NCBI GenBank assembly: GCA_965206845.1
Contig: OZ242221.1
Span: 832,001 to 896,000 of the forward strand
Length of the DNA stretch: 64,000 bases
Direction: 5' to 3'
Source of the DNA: Cenarchaeum sp.
Lineage (GTDB): Archaea > Thermoproteota > Nitrososphaeria > Nitrososphaerales > Nitrosopumilaceae
Translations under genes and position numbers: made by a program
The notes under the pieces: generated by a model
Databases searched by the model: none
The model's input: only the letters and a program-made list of their open reading frames with translations
What the model was told of the DNA's origin: nothing
In this document: in pieces, positions 20,027 to 31,091 of the stretch
Layout of the letters: the number at the start of each line of letters is the position of its first letter
Position numbering within the stretch: the stretch's first letter is position 1

Positions 20027-21613
20027 CTACCTCCTCCCAAAGGCGGCAAAGACTGCCATGACTGCCAGGGAGCCTGCCATGCCCACGATGCCGGCGGTCG
20101 CGTCTGCGGTGTACAGAAGCGCCGATCCCACAAACATGGCAGATGACAGTATGCTTCCGGGCAGCAGGATGTTGGGCCTTGTGTTTTTGTTAAGCTGGAG
20201 AGATCTGCTTTCGTCAATGAACCTTCTCAGATCCGGGGCAAGTGATATTGTCGCGTCGACAGATTTTACAAAGCGCTGAAACCCGTGCTTGAACTCGTCG
20301 ATGTAGGCGTCCTGGACAAGGTTCTCCTTCTCCAGGATCTCCTTGAGCACCGGGATGAACGTAAAGTTCACTTGGTGGGTCTTGTAGATTCCCTCGATGA
20401 TCGAGGCCATCCTCATATAGAGCGCCAGGTGCTTTGGGAGCATAAAGGGAAACCTGCTCATGGTCTTGTTTGCCAGCTCCATCAGGCCCCTGATCTCCAT
20501 CTCCTCTGGCTTTTTGCCGTGCATCGCCCGTACCGTCAGCTCGATGGCCCGCTCCATTACAGACCTGTTAAAGTCCGGGGCAAGCATCCCCAGCTCGTTC
20601 ATGGCGTTGATTGTTCTGAGGGGATCCTTCTCCACCAGGGCCAGGTACAGGCGAACCAGCCGCTTGCGGGTGTCACCGTCCAGCCTGCCCACCATTCCAT
20701 AGTCATAGAGAACCAGCCTTCCGTCGTCGGTAACAGAGATGTTCCCCGGGTGGGGATCCGCGTGAAATATGGCGTACCGCAGCAGCATGGTAAAGAACAC
20801 CTTGTGGACATCGGTGACCAGCTTCTGCCGGTCGATCCCCTGCTCATCCAGCCTCCGGACATCTGTAACCTTGATGCCGGCGATATACTCCATGGTAAGG
20901 ACACTCTTTGATGAGAACCTGTCGTAGACCCGCGGCACGATGACATCGCTGTTTCCCTTCATGTTCTCCTTGATCTGCTTCAGGTTGTTTGACTCTATGG
21001 TATAGTCCATCTCTTCGTGAATGGTCTCGATGAACTGCGCCAGCATGGCCCTGCCGGACAGGCGAAGATTCGGATCCACGAACCGCAGTGCCCTGGGCAG
21101 CACCCTTTTGAGCACCGCGAGATCCCTCTCCACTATCTCCTCTATTCCCGGCCGCTTTACCTTTACCGCCACATTCTGGCCGTCCACCACTGCAAGATAC
21201 ACCTGCCCCAGGGACGCGCCGGATATGGCGTTCTCGTCAATTGTGTCAAAGGTATCCCGCATGGGGCCCAGATCCCTCTCAATGATGTGGCGCACCTGAT
21301 CAAAGGGAGCCACCGGCACGCTGTCCTGCAGCTTTGCCAGCTCCTCCATATACGGCTGCGGAAGTATGTCTGCCCTGGAAGAGAGCCACTGGCCCAGCTT
21401 GATGTAGACGGGCCCCAGGGAGAGAAATGTGTCAAGTAGCCGCCTTGCGTTCTTTCTGTACCTGTCCTCGTCGATGTTCCTGCCCTCGGTCTTTGCCCAG
21501 TGGCGCCTGTCCCTCCGCAGCGCCATGATCGGCAGCAGCAGCTTCAGCAGCACCTGGATGGTTCGGAGTGTAGAGATTTTAATCGCCCGGGGTTTACTCC
21601 GTCCCCTTGCCAT
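20027..21613 (-). CDS. AarF/ABC1/UbiB family kinase
   Basis: LGPVYIKLGQWLSSR.D, ASLGQVY, VAVKV.RP, FHADPHPGN, DYGMVG. Confidence 0.93.
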   Translation of the reverse strand: MARGRSKPRAIKISTLRTIQVLLKLLLPIMALRRDRRHWAKTEGRNIDEDRYRKNARRLLDTFLSLGPVYIKLGQWLSSRADILPQPYMEELAKLQDSVPVAPFDQVRHIIERDLGPMRDTFDTIDENAISGASLGQVYLAVVDGQNVAVKVKRPGIEEIVERDLAVLKRVLPRALRFVDPNLRLSGRAMLAQFIETIHEEMDYTIESNNLKQIKENMKGNSDVIVPRVYDRFSSKSVLTMEYIAGIKVTDVRRLDEQGIDRQKLVTDVHKVFFTMLLRYAIFHADPHPGNISVTDDGRLVLYDYGMVGRLDGDTRKRLVRLYLALVEKDPLRTINAMNELGMLAPDFNRSVMERAIELTVRAMHGKKPEEMEIRGLMELANKTMSRFPFMLPKHLALYMRMASIIEGIYKTHQVNFTFIPVLKEILEKENLVQDAYIDEFKHGFQRFVKSVDATISLAPDLRRFIDESRSLQLNKNTRPNILLPGSILSSAMFVGSALLYTADATAGIVGMAGSLAVMAVFAAFGRR

Positions 21614-21676
21614 ATAACAGCTCAGATGCGACGCACCCGCCACGGCCCCTGGGCGCCAAAGGCAAGCGGCTGTCCT

Positions 21677-22654
21677 CTAAAACGTGCGGAGATTGGAGAA
21701 CGTCCTGGGGGCAGAACTCGTGGCAGGAACCGTGTTTTCTGCCCACTGCTGCTCCAAGTGCAGCGTGGGCGATGTCTCTGCCTTCCTTATGTTATCCAGC
21801 ATCCACTCCTGCGAGTATTTTGTCGATCTGGCAATGAAGAGATCGACAGACTTGACCCCGGGCATCTCCCTTATGCTCTGCATGGTCTCATCCATCTCGT
21901 ATATGTCGTCACTGTACAGAAACAGCACGATCTGTTTCTCCATCAGGAATGGAACCTCCAGAAAGTTTCTTGAGAACATGTGCGCCAGCTTCCCGAACAT
22001 GGGCTTTGCCTCTCCGGTAACCTGGATCATTATGGCGTGTGTTATAAAACCCCGGATCTTTGTGGGATCATAGTCCACGGTAAAGTGGATGCCGTCATCA
22101 CCGTGCAGCCTGTCAATACAGCGGGATACGGTCTTTGTGGACAGGCCAGTCTTTTTTGCAATAATGTCTATCTTCTCCCGGGGGTTGATCATCAGCTCCC
22201 TTATGATCTGCATGTCCGTCTTTGTGAAACGGGGGCTGACGCTCCGTTCAGGTTCAAAGATTGACAGAACGCGCATCCCGTCTATCTTCTCTGCCAGCTC
22301 GACCTTCTCTTGCACATCATCCCTCACTATAACTCCACAGACGGTAAACCCGCCCACACAGGGAGCTACCAGAAATGGCTCCCCCATGGATCGCATGTGG
22401 CCCAGCATCTCCTCCATGCGCTGTCCTAAAACTACAGTGTAGAGGGTGCTGTGCCCCAAGGTCGGCGGGTCTATCCTTACCACAAAGTCCAGAATAATCC
22501 CGCGTCTCCTCATCCTCCTGATCCTTGCATTTACCGTGCCGCTGGCAATGCCGATCCCCTCGCCTATCTGCCGCTCAGACTCCCGGCAGTTGTTCAGCAG
22601 CCTGCTCAGAATCTGCATGTCCAGTCTATCCAGTTTATCTTTCATTCCAGACAT
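21677..22654 (-). CDS. Lrp/AsnC family regulator with two HTH-RAM modules
   Basis: LDRLDMQIL..L..N.R...IG..IGI...TV.ARI and TDMQII.EL..NPR...IAKKTGLSTKTV. Confidence 0.85.
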   Translation of the reverse strand: MSGMKDKLDRLDMQILSRLLNNCRESERQIGEGIGIASGTVNARIRRMRRRGIILDFVVRIDPPTLGHSTLYTVVLGQRMEEMLGHMRSMGEPFLVAPCVGGFTVCGVIVRDDVQEKVELAEKIDGMRVLSIFEPERSVSPRFTKTDMQIIRELMINPREKIDIIAKKTGLSTKTVSRCIDRLHGDDGIHFTVDYDPTKIRGFITHAIMIQVTGEAKPMFGKLAHMFSRNFLEVPFLMEKQIVLFLYSDDIYEMDETMQSIREMPGVKSVDLFIARSTKYSQEWMLDNIRKAETSPTLHLEQQWAENTVPATSSAPRTFSNLRTF

Positions 22655-22742
22655 GTATTAGAACGCCGTTACCTATAAAATTGTCGCATATACGCGACCA
22701 AGGATCAATTGTGTTAAATACAAGACTTTTCATTATGTATCG

Positions 22743-23930
22743 GTGGACTATCATCTAAACCTGGCAAAGAAGATGCTCTTCAGCAAGAGGGGCAGTCTGA
22801 TAGGAGCCGTGCTTGCCGTGACCATAGGCATACTGGTACTCCACGTAAACTCTGTAATATTTCAGGGCCTGTTTGACGCGATCATCAGGGACATAAGCAA
22901 CTACCAGACGGGGGATGTGCTCATCACCAGCGAGGAGGGATACATAGACGAGTCTGATGCAGTACTGCTGGGCACATTGGAACGAATTCCCTACGTCGAA
23001 GCGGCGGCGCCGCGGCTCTCGACCGCGGCGACCATGACCATCTCAAAGAACGGACAGAGTATCGAGGAGTTCAGGGTTCCGCTGACGGGCGTAGACCCGC
23101 TCCGAGATGTCAGGGCATCTACGATTCATGAGACCGTGGTCGAGGGCCAGTATGTCTTTGCCCGGAACTCGATGGTGCTTGGAGCCATTGTGGCGCGGGA
23201 CCTGGGCGGGGCGCAGGTAGGCGACAGTATAGAGGTGACGGTTACAGACCGGTGGGGGCAGGAGCAGACCCGCCGGTTTATAGTAACGGGCATAGCCAGA
23301 TCCCCCGGCGGCCAGGGCTTTGACTATACTGCCATAGTACACATAGATACGCTGCGTGATATGTTGGATCGGGCTGGCTCCTCGGAGCGCATAATGGTCA
23401 AGCTAAGCGACAAGTCCAAGGCGCTGGAGGTAAAGAACACATTCCTGCTGTCCTTCCCCCACGGGGATCTGGAGGCACAGACGATAGAAGAGGCTGCAGA
23501 GCAGCAGCTGGCAGGGTTCCGGTCGGGAATAGCCATGATAAACATGATCGGATACTTTGGAATGATGTCATCGGCCTTTGCCATACTCACAATCCAGATG
23601 ATGCTGGTAAACGGCAAGACGCGGGAGATAGGAATCATGCGCTCGATAGGCGCCAGAAGGAGGGATATCCTGCTCGTATTCATACTTCAGGGAATGATAA
23701 TAGGCGCAATAGGCGCATCTGTGGGAACCGCCGCAGGGCTGGGGTACACCTTTTATGCAAAGGAGACCAAACTGTCCTTCAACAACAGCCTGCCTCTGGA
23801 GGTAAGCTACAACTGGGAAAAGATCGTCCAGACGGCACTGGCCTCCTTTGGGCTTGCCATGCTTGCGTCCCTGTACCCGTCGTACCGGGCTACAAAGCTG
23901 CAGCCCGTGGAGGCCATGCGCCTTGCATAG
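22743..23930 (+). CDS. ABC transporter permease (MacB/LolE/FtsX type)
   Basis: KTREIGIMRSIGA, LYPSYRATKLQPVEAMR; large extracytoplasmic domain. Confidence 0.92.
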   Translation: MDYHLNLAKKMLFSKRGSLIGAVLAVTIGILVLHVNSVIFQGLFDAIIRDISNYQTGDVLITSEEGYIDESDAVLLGTLERIPYVEAAAPRLSTAATMTISKNGQSIEEFRVPLTGVDPLRDVRASTIHETVVEGQYVFARNSMVLGAIVARDLGGAQVGDSIEVTVTDRWGQEQTRRFIVTGIARSPGGQGFDYTAIVHIDTLRDMLDRAGSSERIMVKLSDKSKALEVKNTFLLSFPHGDLEAQTIEEAAEQQLAGFRSGIAMINMIGYFGMMSSAFAILTIQMMLVNGKTREIGIMRSIGARRRDILLVFILQGMIIGAIGASVGTAAGLGYTFYAKETKLSFNNSLPLEVSYNWEKIVQTALASFGLAMLASLYPSYRATKLQPVEAMRLA

Positions 23931-24609
23931 CGCGCTGGAGATCTGCAACCTGAACAAGGTGTACGGCCAGGGAGCCACCAAGGTGCAGGCGCTGTACGAC
24001 GTCTCATTTGCCATAGAGAGGGGGCAGTTTACACTGGTCGTTGGAAGCTCGGGTTCGGGCAAGTCAACACTGCTGAACATGATAGGGCTGCTGGATCGAC
24101 CCACCAACGGCCAGGTATTCATAGACGGGATAGACACCGGCCGTCTGAGCGAGTCCGGCATGTCCAGGTTTAGAAACAAGAAGCTGGGCTTCGTCTTTCA
24201 GTTCTCCAACCTTCTGGCAGATCTTACCGTGCTGGAGAACGTGATGCTGCCAAGCCAGATAGGCGGCGCCGGCGCGAGTGGAGCCAAGGATGCCCTCGAT
24301 CTGCTCCGGGCGGTTGGGATGAAGGAGTACGCCCACAAGAAGGCCGACGAGATATCCGGGGGCCAGGCGCAACGAACCGCCATCGCCAGGGGACTGGCAA
24401 ACAACCCCACCATCGTTCTGGCCGACGAGCCCACCGGCAACCTTGACTCCGTCTCTGCAGAATCGGTGGTAGACCTTATGAAGTCGATAGCCAGAAAGAT
24501 GGGTTCCACCTTTGTTGTGGTAACCCACGACAGGGAGCAGTTCGGTGACGTGGATAGAGTAATTACCATCAAGGACGGAAAGGTGGCCATGGAGATTCCG
24601 GCATGGTGA
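23923..24609 (+). CDS. ABC transporter ATP-binding protein (LolD/MacB type)
   Basis: GSSGSGKST, ISGGQAQR, LADEPTGNLD, VTHD; TTG start assumed. Confidence 0.93.
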   Translation: MHSALEICNLNKVYGQGATKVQALYDVSFAIERGQFTLVVGSSGSGKSTLLNMIGLLDRPTNGQVFIDGIDTGRLSESGMSRFRNKKLGFVFQFSNLLADLTVLENVMLPSQIGGAGASGAKDALDLLRAVGMKEYAHKKADEISGGQAQRTAIARGLANNPTIVLADEPTGNLDSVSAESVVDLMKSIARKMGSTFVVVTHDREQFGDVDRVITIKDGKVAMEIPAW

Positions 24610-25949
24610 ACGGGTACGCCTTTGCAGCGCTTGCTGTAGTGATAACGGCATCCGCGCTTCTTGGCAGCGCACAGGGGCAGGTATCCATCTTCGACAGGGA
24701 CTTTGTCGACATCAAGTTTCACGAGGCCTACTTTGGAACCGCCGGCGAGAGGATCGAGGTGAATCCGGGCGACAAGAACGTCCCGTTTACCCTAGTCATG
24801 ACAAACGTGGGCACGCTGGACATTACCGGAATCCGGGGGCAGCTGTCCCCGCCGTTTGGCTTCACCCCCACGGACGGATCTGGTCCGATAATTCTGGCAA
24901 GCGCGGAGAACGCCGCCCGGGCCGGGGAGATATTTACGGTGACATTCTTTGTAGATCTGGGCAGCGATCTGGACATCCGGCAGTATCCTGCCTCGGCCAA
25001 GATAGACTACTCCAGGCTGAGGGAGGCGGGCGTGCGCAGCACCTTCTTTAATTTTGACTTCAAGGTAACGGGCGGAAGCGTCATCAACGTAAATGCCAAG
25101 GATCCGTTCCTGGTCTCGCTACAGAACAACGAGATCGTCATCGAGATCTCAAACAACGGCACGGCGCCGATCTCGGGGGTGGCCATTCAGATAACAAACA
25201 CGCAAGACGCCATGCCGTCTGCGGCGCAGTCAACAAGCAATGTGGAGAGGGTAGTCATACCCGACACAGACTGGAACGTGGGCAACATCAACCCCGGAGA
25301 TGTCAAGTACCTGACAAGCACGATCTACGTTCCGGGGCTGATAAAGGGCGAGACCCTCAGGCTGCCGCTGGAGATCTCCTACTTTAATGCGCACGGAGAC
25401 CGGCAGGTCATCAGCCGGAACGTGGACTTTTACATCCAGGGATTGATCGACATCAGGATCTATAACGTAAACGTGATGGAGTTCTCCGGCAGGCCGACCA
25501 TCATAGGCGAGATAATCAACGAGGGAAACGAGGATGCCCTGTTCGGGTTTGTGATGCTCAAGCCCATAGGGGACTCGAACATCAGCGAGGTTACGCAGTT
25601 CATCGACGAGATACAGACGGACTCGCCGGTCCCCTTTAACATCCAGGTCGGGTTTGACGGTACGCCCCGGTACGGGGAGCACACGGTTGAGATCACTGCG
25701 CGTTACAAGGATTCGCTCCGCGAGGAGCACTTTGTGGCGCATCAGGCCGTGATAACCATTCCAGAGCCCCCGGTAACGAAGAACAGCATATCCGGTCCGG
25801 AGATCCTGGGCTCGCCGGAGGTGGATATCGATGCCCTGCTCTTCGATGACGGGGGCCAGTCCATAGTTCTAGTCGTGGCGGTAGCCGCTGTGATCGGCAT
25901 CGTCCTGTACGCGGTAAAGAGACGGAGAAGAAGAGAAGACGTGTTCTAG
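24603..25949 (+). CDS. S-layer-associated/COG1361-like secreted protein with C-terminal anchor
   Basis: Signal peptide, Ig-like N.G repeats, C-terminal TM helix + KRRRRR; in operon with the ABC genes. Confidence 0.75.
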   Translation: MVNGYAFAALAVVITASALLGSAQGQVSIFDRDFVDIKFHEAYFGTAGERIEVNPGDKNVPFTLVMTNVGTLDITGIRGQLSPPFGFTPTDGSGPIILASAENAARAGEIFTVTFFVDLGSDLDIRQYPASAKIDYSRLREAGVRSTFFNFDFKVTGGSVINVNAKDPFLVSLQNNEIVIEISNNGTAPISGVAIQITNTQDAMPSAAQSTSNVERVVIPDTDWNVGNINPGDVKYLTSTIYVPGLIKGETLRLPLEISYFNAHGDRQVISRNVDFYIQGLIDIRIYNVNVMEFSGRPTIIGEIINEGNEDALFGFVMLKPIGDSNISEVTQFIDEIQTDSPVPFNIQVGFDGTPRYGEHTVEITARYKDSLREEHFVAHQAVITIPEPPVTKNSISGPEILGSPEVDIDALLFDDGGQSIVLVVAVAAVIGIVLYAVKRRRRREDVF

Positions 25950-25988
25950 ATCTCGCGGCACTTCCACATGCTGCGTGGTGGCGCGCCT

Positions 25989-26519
25989 CTAGTCCTTGGC
26001 GGGGCGCAGTTTGAGGGCCATCTCCAGCGTTTCGTCGACCATCTCCTTCAGCCGGTCCTGGGCGCCGTCGCCAACCTTGCCGTCCTTTATCAGGTCCGTG
26101 GTGATGTACACGGCCTTGGGGTTTGTGGTCACCCTAAAGTACGACATCAGCTGCGTAAGCAGGGTCTGGACGCAGGTAAATCCGATGTTGCCCGCGGCCA
26201 CAATGGCTAGTCCCGCTACCTTGCCTGCCGTCTCCTTGTAGTTTATGTACTCGAAGAGGTTCTTTAGCGCCGAACTGAAGAGCGAGTTGTAGATGGGAGA
26301 TCCCACGAGCCATACGTCCGCATCGGTAATGTCCCTTGCGGCCTGCTCCGTCGTCTGGTTGTGCCTGCCGTCTCCGCGGAAATAGTCAACATCACCCTCT
26401 GACAGGTTGATGAATTTCACCGTGTGGTCTTTTGTCCTGGTATATTCGTTGACAAACTTCATTACCAGTGTCGTGTTTGACGCCTTTCTTGGGCTCCCGG
26501 AGATTATTACGATCCTCAC
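25989..26519 (-). CDS. NADPH-dependent FMN reductase
   Basis: ISGSPRKASNT, GSPIYNS..S.ALKN. Confidence 0.9.
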   Translation of the reverse strand: MRIVIISGSPRKASNTTLVMKFVNEYTRTKDHTVKFINLSEGDVDYFRGDGRHNQTTEQAARDITDADVWLVGSPIYNSLFSSALKNLFEYINYKETAGKVAGLAIVAAGNIGFTCVQTLLTQLMSYFRVTTNPKAVYITTDLIKDGKVGDGAQDRLKEMVDETLEMALKLRPAKD

Positions 26520-26833
26520 ATTCCGCCTTGCCAAGCACCGTATTTAAAAGTGGATTAACACACAAAGATGCTCCTGCAAACTCGGTTGATATTCAAAGTC
26601 ACCCTTCACCAGATAACCATCATGCGCAGGTGTTGTGATTTCGTGACGGCTCACCCACGGCGGTCTAAAGTTCATCATTTGTGGCAAGGATATGGCCGTG
26701 TGCGGATCGGATCAGTGGGGGGATCGGGCTGCTCGTACAGCATTCGGGTTGAGCTTGGATCGGCGCCCATCAACCGGGTTTACAGAATAACCCGTGCAAG
26801 AAAAGTAATTTATGTATGTAAAGATCAGCGGCA

Positions 26834-28294
26834 ATGTTGAATAGGGTGCCTGTTATCATACTTGCCGTAATCGCAGTATCGGGGATTGCCGCGATACCCC
26901 TAGTTACAGAGCAGTTTGTCGATGCGGGCACCACAACAAAGGTCCACTTTACAAGAACCGCCACATCCGCACAGGATCCGGCCATTGGCCAGGAGGATGG
27001 CCAGATGACAATGATCCTGGCGCCAAATGCCGGCACCATATATGATGGCTCCCTAACCTATACTGCCAGCGAGCCGGTGCAGCTTGTGGTACTTCACGAG
27101 CTGGCCGCCGGGGATGATCTGGGACAGCCCACATGGACTGTTGACGGCAACACAATCTACGGCGCATCCGTAATTGACCAAGGCGCCAGCGCGGGCACTC
27201 TCGAGTTTACCGGGGCAGGCCTGGCACTGCGCAGCGGGGACGAGTTTGTCTCCACCGTCAGCATCGACGGATGGATTCGTGGCACGCCAGTAGAGATAGG
27301 CGCGCCGAGCGTAGAGGTGAAGGTTGACGAGAGTGAGTTTAGGATCGCGCGGGCACATGTGCCCATTACAATTCCCATGCACGAGGGACTCCATGGCGAG
27401 TCGTCCCTCTACTACATCATAACCGATTCCAGTGATGAGGACTATGCCGAGATGCTCACCGACCATCAGGGCTGGAGGGTTGAGCTTGCTCCGCCGCTGA
27501 AGAGTACTTCGGAGATTGCTCTGGAGAAGGTATACATCTTTGAGAACGGCGTTCACGGTGATGGCATCAAGGGGTATCAGGTGGAGGTATTCTCCAGCAC
27601 CCCGTGGGAGTTTAGCGATTACAGCGAGCTGCGCCAGATAACAACGGTGACATGGAGGATAGGCGAGACGCCCAGGATGCTGGACTCCGAAGCAGAGATC
27701 CTTGACGCCGTGGAGAAGGGACGGATCATGCTTACAGAGGAGGAGACGATCCTGAACATGCCGCAGATTGTGTGGCCCAACGGCCAGCTGCCCGTTCTGG
27801 ATGTCAATATAACCTCGGACGATTTCGGGTATGGTGGCGCGCAGGTAACAGATATCGATACCGGTAACATGACCGTCACGTTTGTCGCCCACCGCGGGTG
27901 GGGTCCGGACGGGGCAACCATATACTACATTGTAACCGGCGCCACGCCCTCCGGGCCTGCAGAGGCCATGGGTGTGGCCGACGTGCCAAAGTATGGCAGC
28001 CTCCTCACAAGCCCGGCAGCAGTTGATCTCTACCAGTTTTCCAACGGCATAAAGGGCCCCGGCGCGCTAGGATTCCAGCCGGGCATCTCCACCTCCGCGC
28101 TCGGTGACGACAGATACAGCCCGATGTGGAGGATATCCCTTATCGAGTGGGTCGACCCCGAGGACGCGGCCATAGTAGAGACCACGGGCGACATCGCCGC
28201 CCTGAGGGCAGAGGGCCTGATCGAGATCACCCTGGCAAGGCCCATGAACATGAACCACGTGGTAAACTGCCCGTTTGTTGATCCCTTCCAGTAG
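26834..28294 (+). CDS. Secreted/membrane-anchored protein with duplicated YYI...YSP.W domains
   Basis: N-terminal TM; two repeats YYI.T...(Y/F).NG..G.G..G(Y/F)Q.....YS; ends VNCPF. Confidence 0.7.
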   Translation: MLNRVPVIILAVIAVSGIAAIPLVTEQFVDAGTTTKVHFTRTATSAQDPAIGQEDGQMTMILAPNAGTIYDGSLTYTASEPVQLVVLHELAAGDDLGQPTWTVDGNTIYGASVIDQGASAGTLEFTGAGLALRSGDEFVSTVSIDGWIRGTPVEIGAPSVEVKVDESEFRIARAHVPITIPMHEGLHGESSLYYIITDSSDEDYAEMLTDHQGWRVELAPPLKSTSEIALEKVYIFENGVHGDGIKGYQVEVFSSTPWEFSDYSELRQITTVTWRIGETPRMLDSEAEILDAVEKGRIMLTEEETILNMPQIVWPNGQLPVLDVNITSDDFGYGGAQVTDIDTGNMTVTFVAHRGWGPDGATIYYIVTGATPSGPAEAMGVADVPKYGSLLTSPAAVDLYQFSNGIKGPGALGFQPGISTSALGDDRYSPMWRISLIEWVDPEDAAIVETTGDIAALRAEGLIEITLARPMNMNHVVNCPFVDPFQ

Positions 28295-28420
28295 GTCCGG
28301 ACTTTTGCCTCGTGCTGTGGGTTGTTCCCCACACACCCGGTAGCTGTGCGGCAAATGCCCGTGGGTTTGGATGCGCAGTTCCCCTAAAGGGATAAATTAT
28401 CTGCGGGCATCAGCAGGTAC

Positions 28421-29197
28421 ATGTTGGGCGGCAAACTCTACATAGTCGGGGTCGGGCCTGGAAGTCACGATCACATGACATTCCGCGCAAAGAGCGCCAT
28501 TGAGGAGAGCAACACCATAGTGGGCTATGAGACGTATGTCAACCTGGTGCAGGATCTGATTCACGGCAAGGACGTGTATCGCTACGCCATGACGCAAGAG
28601 GTGGAACGTGCGCGGCAGTGCATAGATCTTGCCGAGTCCGGCAGAACGGTCTCCCTGGTGTCCAGCGGAGACCCGGGCATATACGGAATGGCCGGCCTCA
28701 TATACGAGACGCTTGCAGAACGAGGCTGGAGCCCCAAGGACGGCCTTCCGGTGGAGGTCATACCCGGGGTATCGGCGCTGAACTCTTGCGCATCGATAAT
28801 TGGATCTCCACTGATGACTGACTTTGCCGTATTGAGCATGAGCGATCTGCTGGTTCCCTGGGAGATTATAATAAAGCGGGTGGAGGCCGCCGCCCGCGGG
28901 GACTTTGTCATTGTAATATACAACCCGTCCAGCAAGAAGCGGATTCACCAGCTGCAGGACACGAGGAAGCTGCTGCTGGAGTACAGAAAGCCGTCGACGC
29001 CGGTGGCGATAATAAAGGGGGCGTACCGGGAATCCCAGTCGGTGGTGCTCACGGATCTGGAGCACATGGAGGAGTACTCGAACAGGCTCGGCATGATCAG
29101 CACCGTAATTGTGGGAAACTCGTCTACGTACGCGTATGAGGAGCTGATGATAAACCCCAGGGGCTACAAGTCAAAGTACAACCTAAAGGAATCCTAG
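28421..29197 (+). CDS. cobJ: Precorrin-3B C17-methyltransferase
   Basis: VGVGPG, SSGDPGIYGMA, PGVSA, SDLLVPW, YNP.S, PRGY. Confidence 0.93.
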   Translation: MLGGKLYIVGVGPGSHDHMTFRAKSAIEESNTIVGYETYVNLVQDLIHGKDVYRYAMTQEVERARQCIDLAESGRTVSLVSSGDPGIYGMAGLIYETLAERGWSPKDGLPVEVIPGVSALNSCASIIGSPLMTDFAVLSMSDLLVPWEIIIKRVEAAARGDFVIVIYNPSSKKRIHQLQDTRKLLLEYRKPSTPVAIIKGAYRESQSVVLTDLEHMEEYSNRLGMISTVIVGNSSTYAYEELMINPRGYKSKYNLKES

Positions 29198-30228
29198 GCA
29201 GGCTTTACCGTGTCCGTCAGATCGTCGCCCAAGACCAGCTTGTCCCTTATGGGCCCGACGATCTCTGTCAGGTACCGTGCCACGGTCTGTTTGAGGTCCA
29301 TGGGATGGATCCTGCCTGCTCCGAACTCCGCCTCCAGACTGTCATAGCTGCCAAAGGTGGCATCGCCGCCAAACTTTGCAGGCCGCTCTATTGTAACACT
29401 GCCAAACCTGTGGAATATGATATCCCTGCATATGGCAAGGGGCGGATTCCCTTCCACGACTCCCTGCTCACACCAGGCCTTTCTTACCTTTGACTGAATC
29501 ACGTCATCTGAGTCGTGAACGGATATGCTGTTGCCCGGATCCGTCTTGGACATCTTTCCGATGTCCTGGCCGTCGGGCCGCCGGATGAGTCCCGGAAGAA
29601 GCCTGTGGTGTACCGCCACAGGCACGCTCCAGCCCATCTTGGGAAAGATCTCCCGGGCCAGCATGTGGATCTTTCTCTGGTCCATACCGGCGTGCGCAAT
29701 ATCGGCATCAAGAAAATGAATGTCGGTGGCCTGCATGGGCGGATACAGCAGCCTTGCCAGATCTATCTTGTCCTCGCCCTCGGTCCTCCCCATAATGGTC
29801 AGCGTCCTCATCGTTCTTGCCAGCGACATGTGTTTTGTGAAGCGGACCAGCTCCGACCAGTACTCCTTCCTAAGGTCGTACAGGTCTGAACCCAGCACGA
29901 TGTTGACTCCCGGACACACGATGCGAAACGCATCGGCATAGTACTTGGAGACGCGCAGGATCAGATCCTGATCCCCGCCCATCTTGTCGTTGATCAGCGT
30001 GTGCCAGTCTGCCAGGAACACCGTGCAGTCCACGCCGGCCCGGATGAAGTCATTGATCTTGAATCCGGTGGTAACCAGGCTTCCCAGGTGCAGGCGGCCG
30101 GAGATCTCCAGGCCGATGTAGTGCTTGGGGCGGGACTTTGTCTCAAAGAGCGCGCGCAGCTCCCCGCGGGTTACCACCTCTTCTGTAGGCGGGCGGCTTA
30201 CCAGATCAACCTTCTCTAGAACATCCAC
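29194..30228 (-). CDS. tyrS: Tyrosine--tRNA ligase (archaeal type)
   Basis: YIGLEISG.LHLG, LADWH, YPPMQATD, GMDQRKIH, KMSK, IHPMDLK. Confidence 0.95.
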   Translation of the reverse strand: MDVLEKVDLVSRPPTEEVVTRGELRALFETKSRPKHYIGLEISGRLHLGSLVTTGFKINDFIRAGVDCTVFLADWHTLINDKMGGDQDLILRVSKYYADAFRIVCPGVNIVLGSDLYDLRKEYWSELVRFTKHMSLARTMRTLTIMGRTEGEDKIDLARLLYPPMQATDIHFLDADIAHAGMDQRKIHMLAREIFPKMGWSVPVAVHHRLLPGLIRRPDGQDIGKMSKTDPGNSISVHDSDDVIQSKVRKAWCEQGVVEGNPPLAICRDIIFHRFGSVTIERPAKFGGDATFGSYDSLEAEFGAGRIHPMDLKQTVARYLTEIVGPIRDKLVLGDDLTDTVKPA

Positions 30229-30259
30229 TGGTTATACCCCCACGGAATTTAGTATAAAT

Positions 30260-30835
30260 TTACGCCTCTGCATCGTCCAGGCCCTTCCGCTGTCTTGTGC
30301 TCAGATAGAACGCATGGGCGCTGATTATCAGCCCCATGAGGAACACCTTGGTGCTGAATATCAGGTTCCAGGGCCTGTCGGGATCCGGATAGGCCACGGT
30401 CAGCCTGTCTATGTCCGGAACCATGCCGTTCACTATTCCCGCGGAGATCTTTGCGTTGAGCACGGTGAAGCTCCACAGCACCTCATACAGCGTTATAACT
30501 ACGAATCCCAGCAGCATGAGCTGCAGCAGGGACATCTTCCACGAGCTTATCTTCCCCCGGGTTGTCTTCTTCCAGCCTATTCTAGATACGCAGTACCAGC
30601 CTATAATCGAGGAGAAGAATAGCCATGTGGTCAGCTTTGCGAAATTTTCAAAGGGCACCTCGGTGGTTACCAGAATCTCCCCCATGACGTACGTTCCGTC
30701 TCTCTCCCACTCCCCCAGCATGGCGTATGCGCCGTAGATCATGATGGATGTCATGATAAAGGCACACACGTAAAAGATGTACAGGAAGATGCGGTAGCCA
30801 ATATCTGTCTCTTGAAGGTGCCTCCTCTCCATCAA
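30260..30835 (-). CDS. 4-TM membrane protein
   Basis: Four hydrophobic helices; YEVLWSF, PWNLIFSTK. Confidence 0.7.
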   Translation of the reverse strand: MMERRHLQETDIGYRIFLYIFYVCAFIMTSIMIYGAYAMLGEWERDGTYVMGEILVTTEVPFENFAKLTTWLFFSSIIGWYCVSRIGWKKTTRGKISSWKMSLLQLMLLGFVVITLYEVLWSFTVLNAKISAGIVNGMVPDIDRLTVAYPDPDRPWNLIFSTKVFLMGLIISAHAFYLSTRQRKGLDDAEA

Positions 30836-31091
30836 CGGCGCCTCTTCTGCTCTGAAATATAAATTTCGGTTAACGTGGTATTTATTGGCAGGATGCCTTC
30901 AGGTGGATCGTGCCTGCACCAGCCATCGCAATGTGGGAACTCCGAGGACTCGGGGCCGCAGCGTGCCATCTGGTGCCGGTTCGCGGTATACCGCGCGGCC
31001 AGAGGACGCCGTCGCCTGCAGGACTGGCCGCTCCGGGGGTGCCGGTTTGTGCAAGCGCGCGCGATATGGCTGCTGCGCCGGAGCGGGTGGC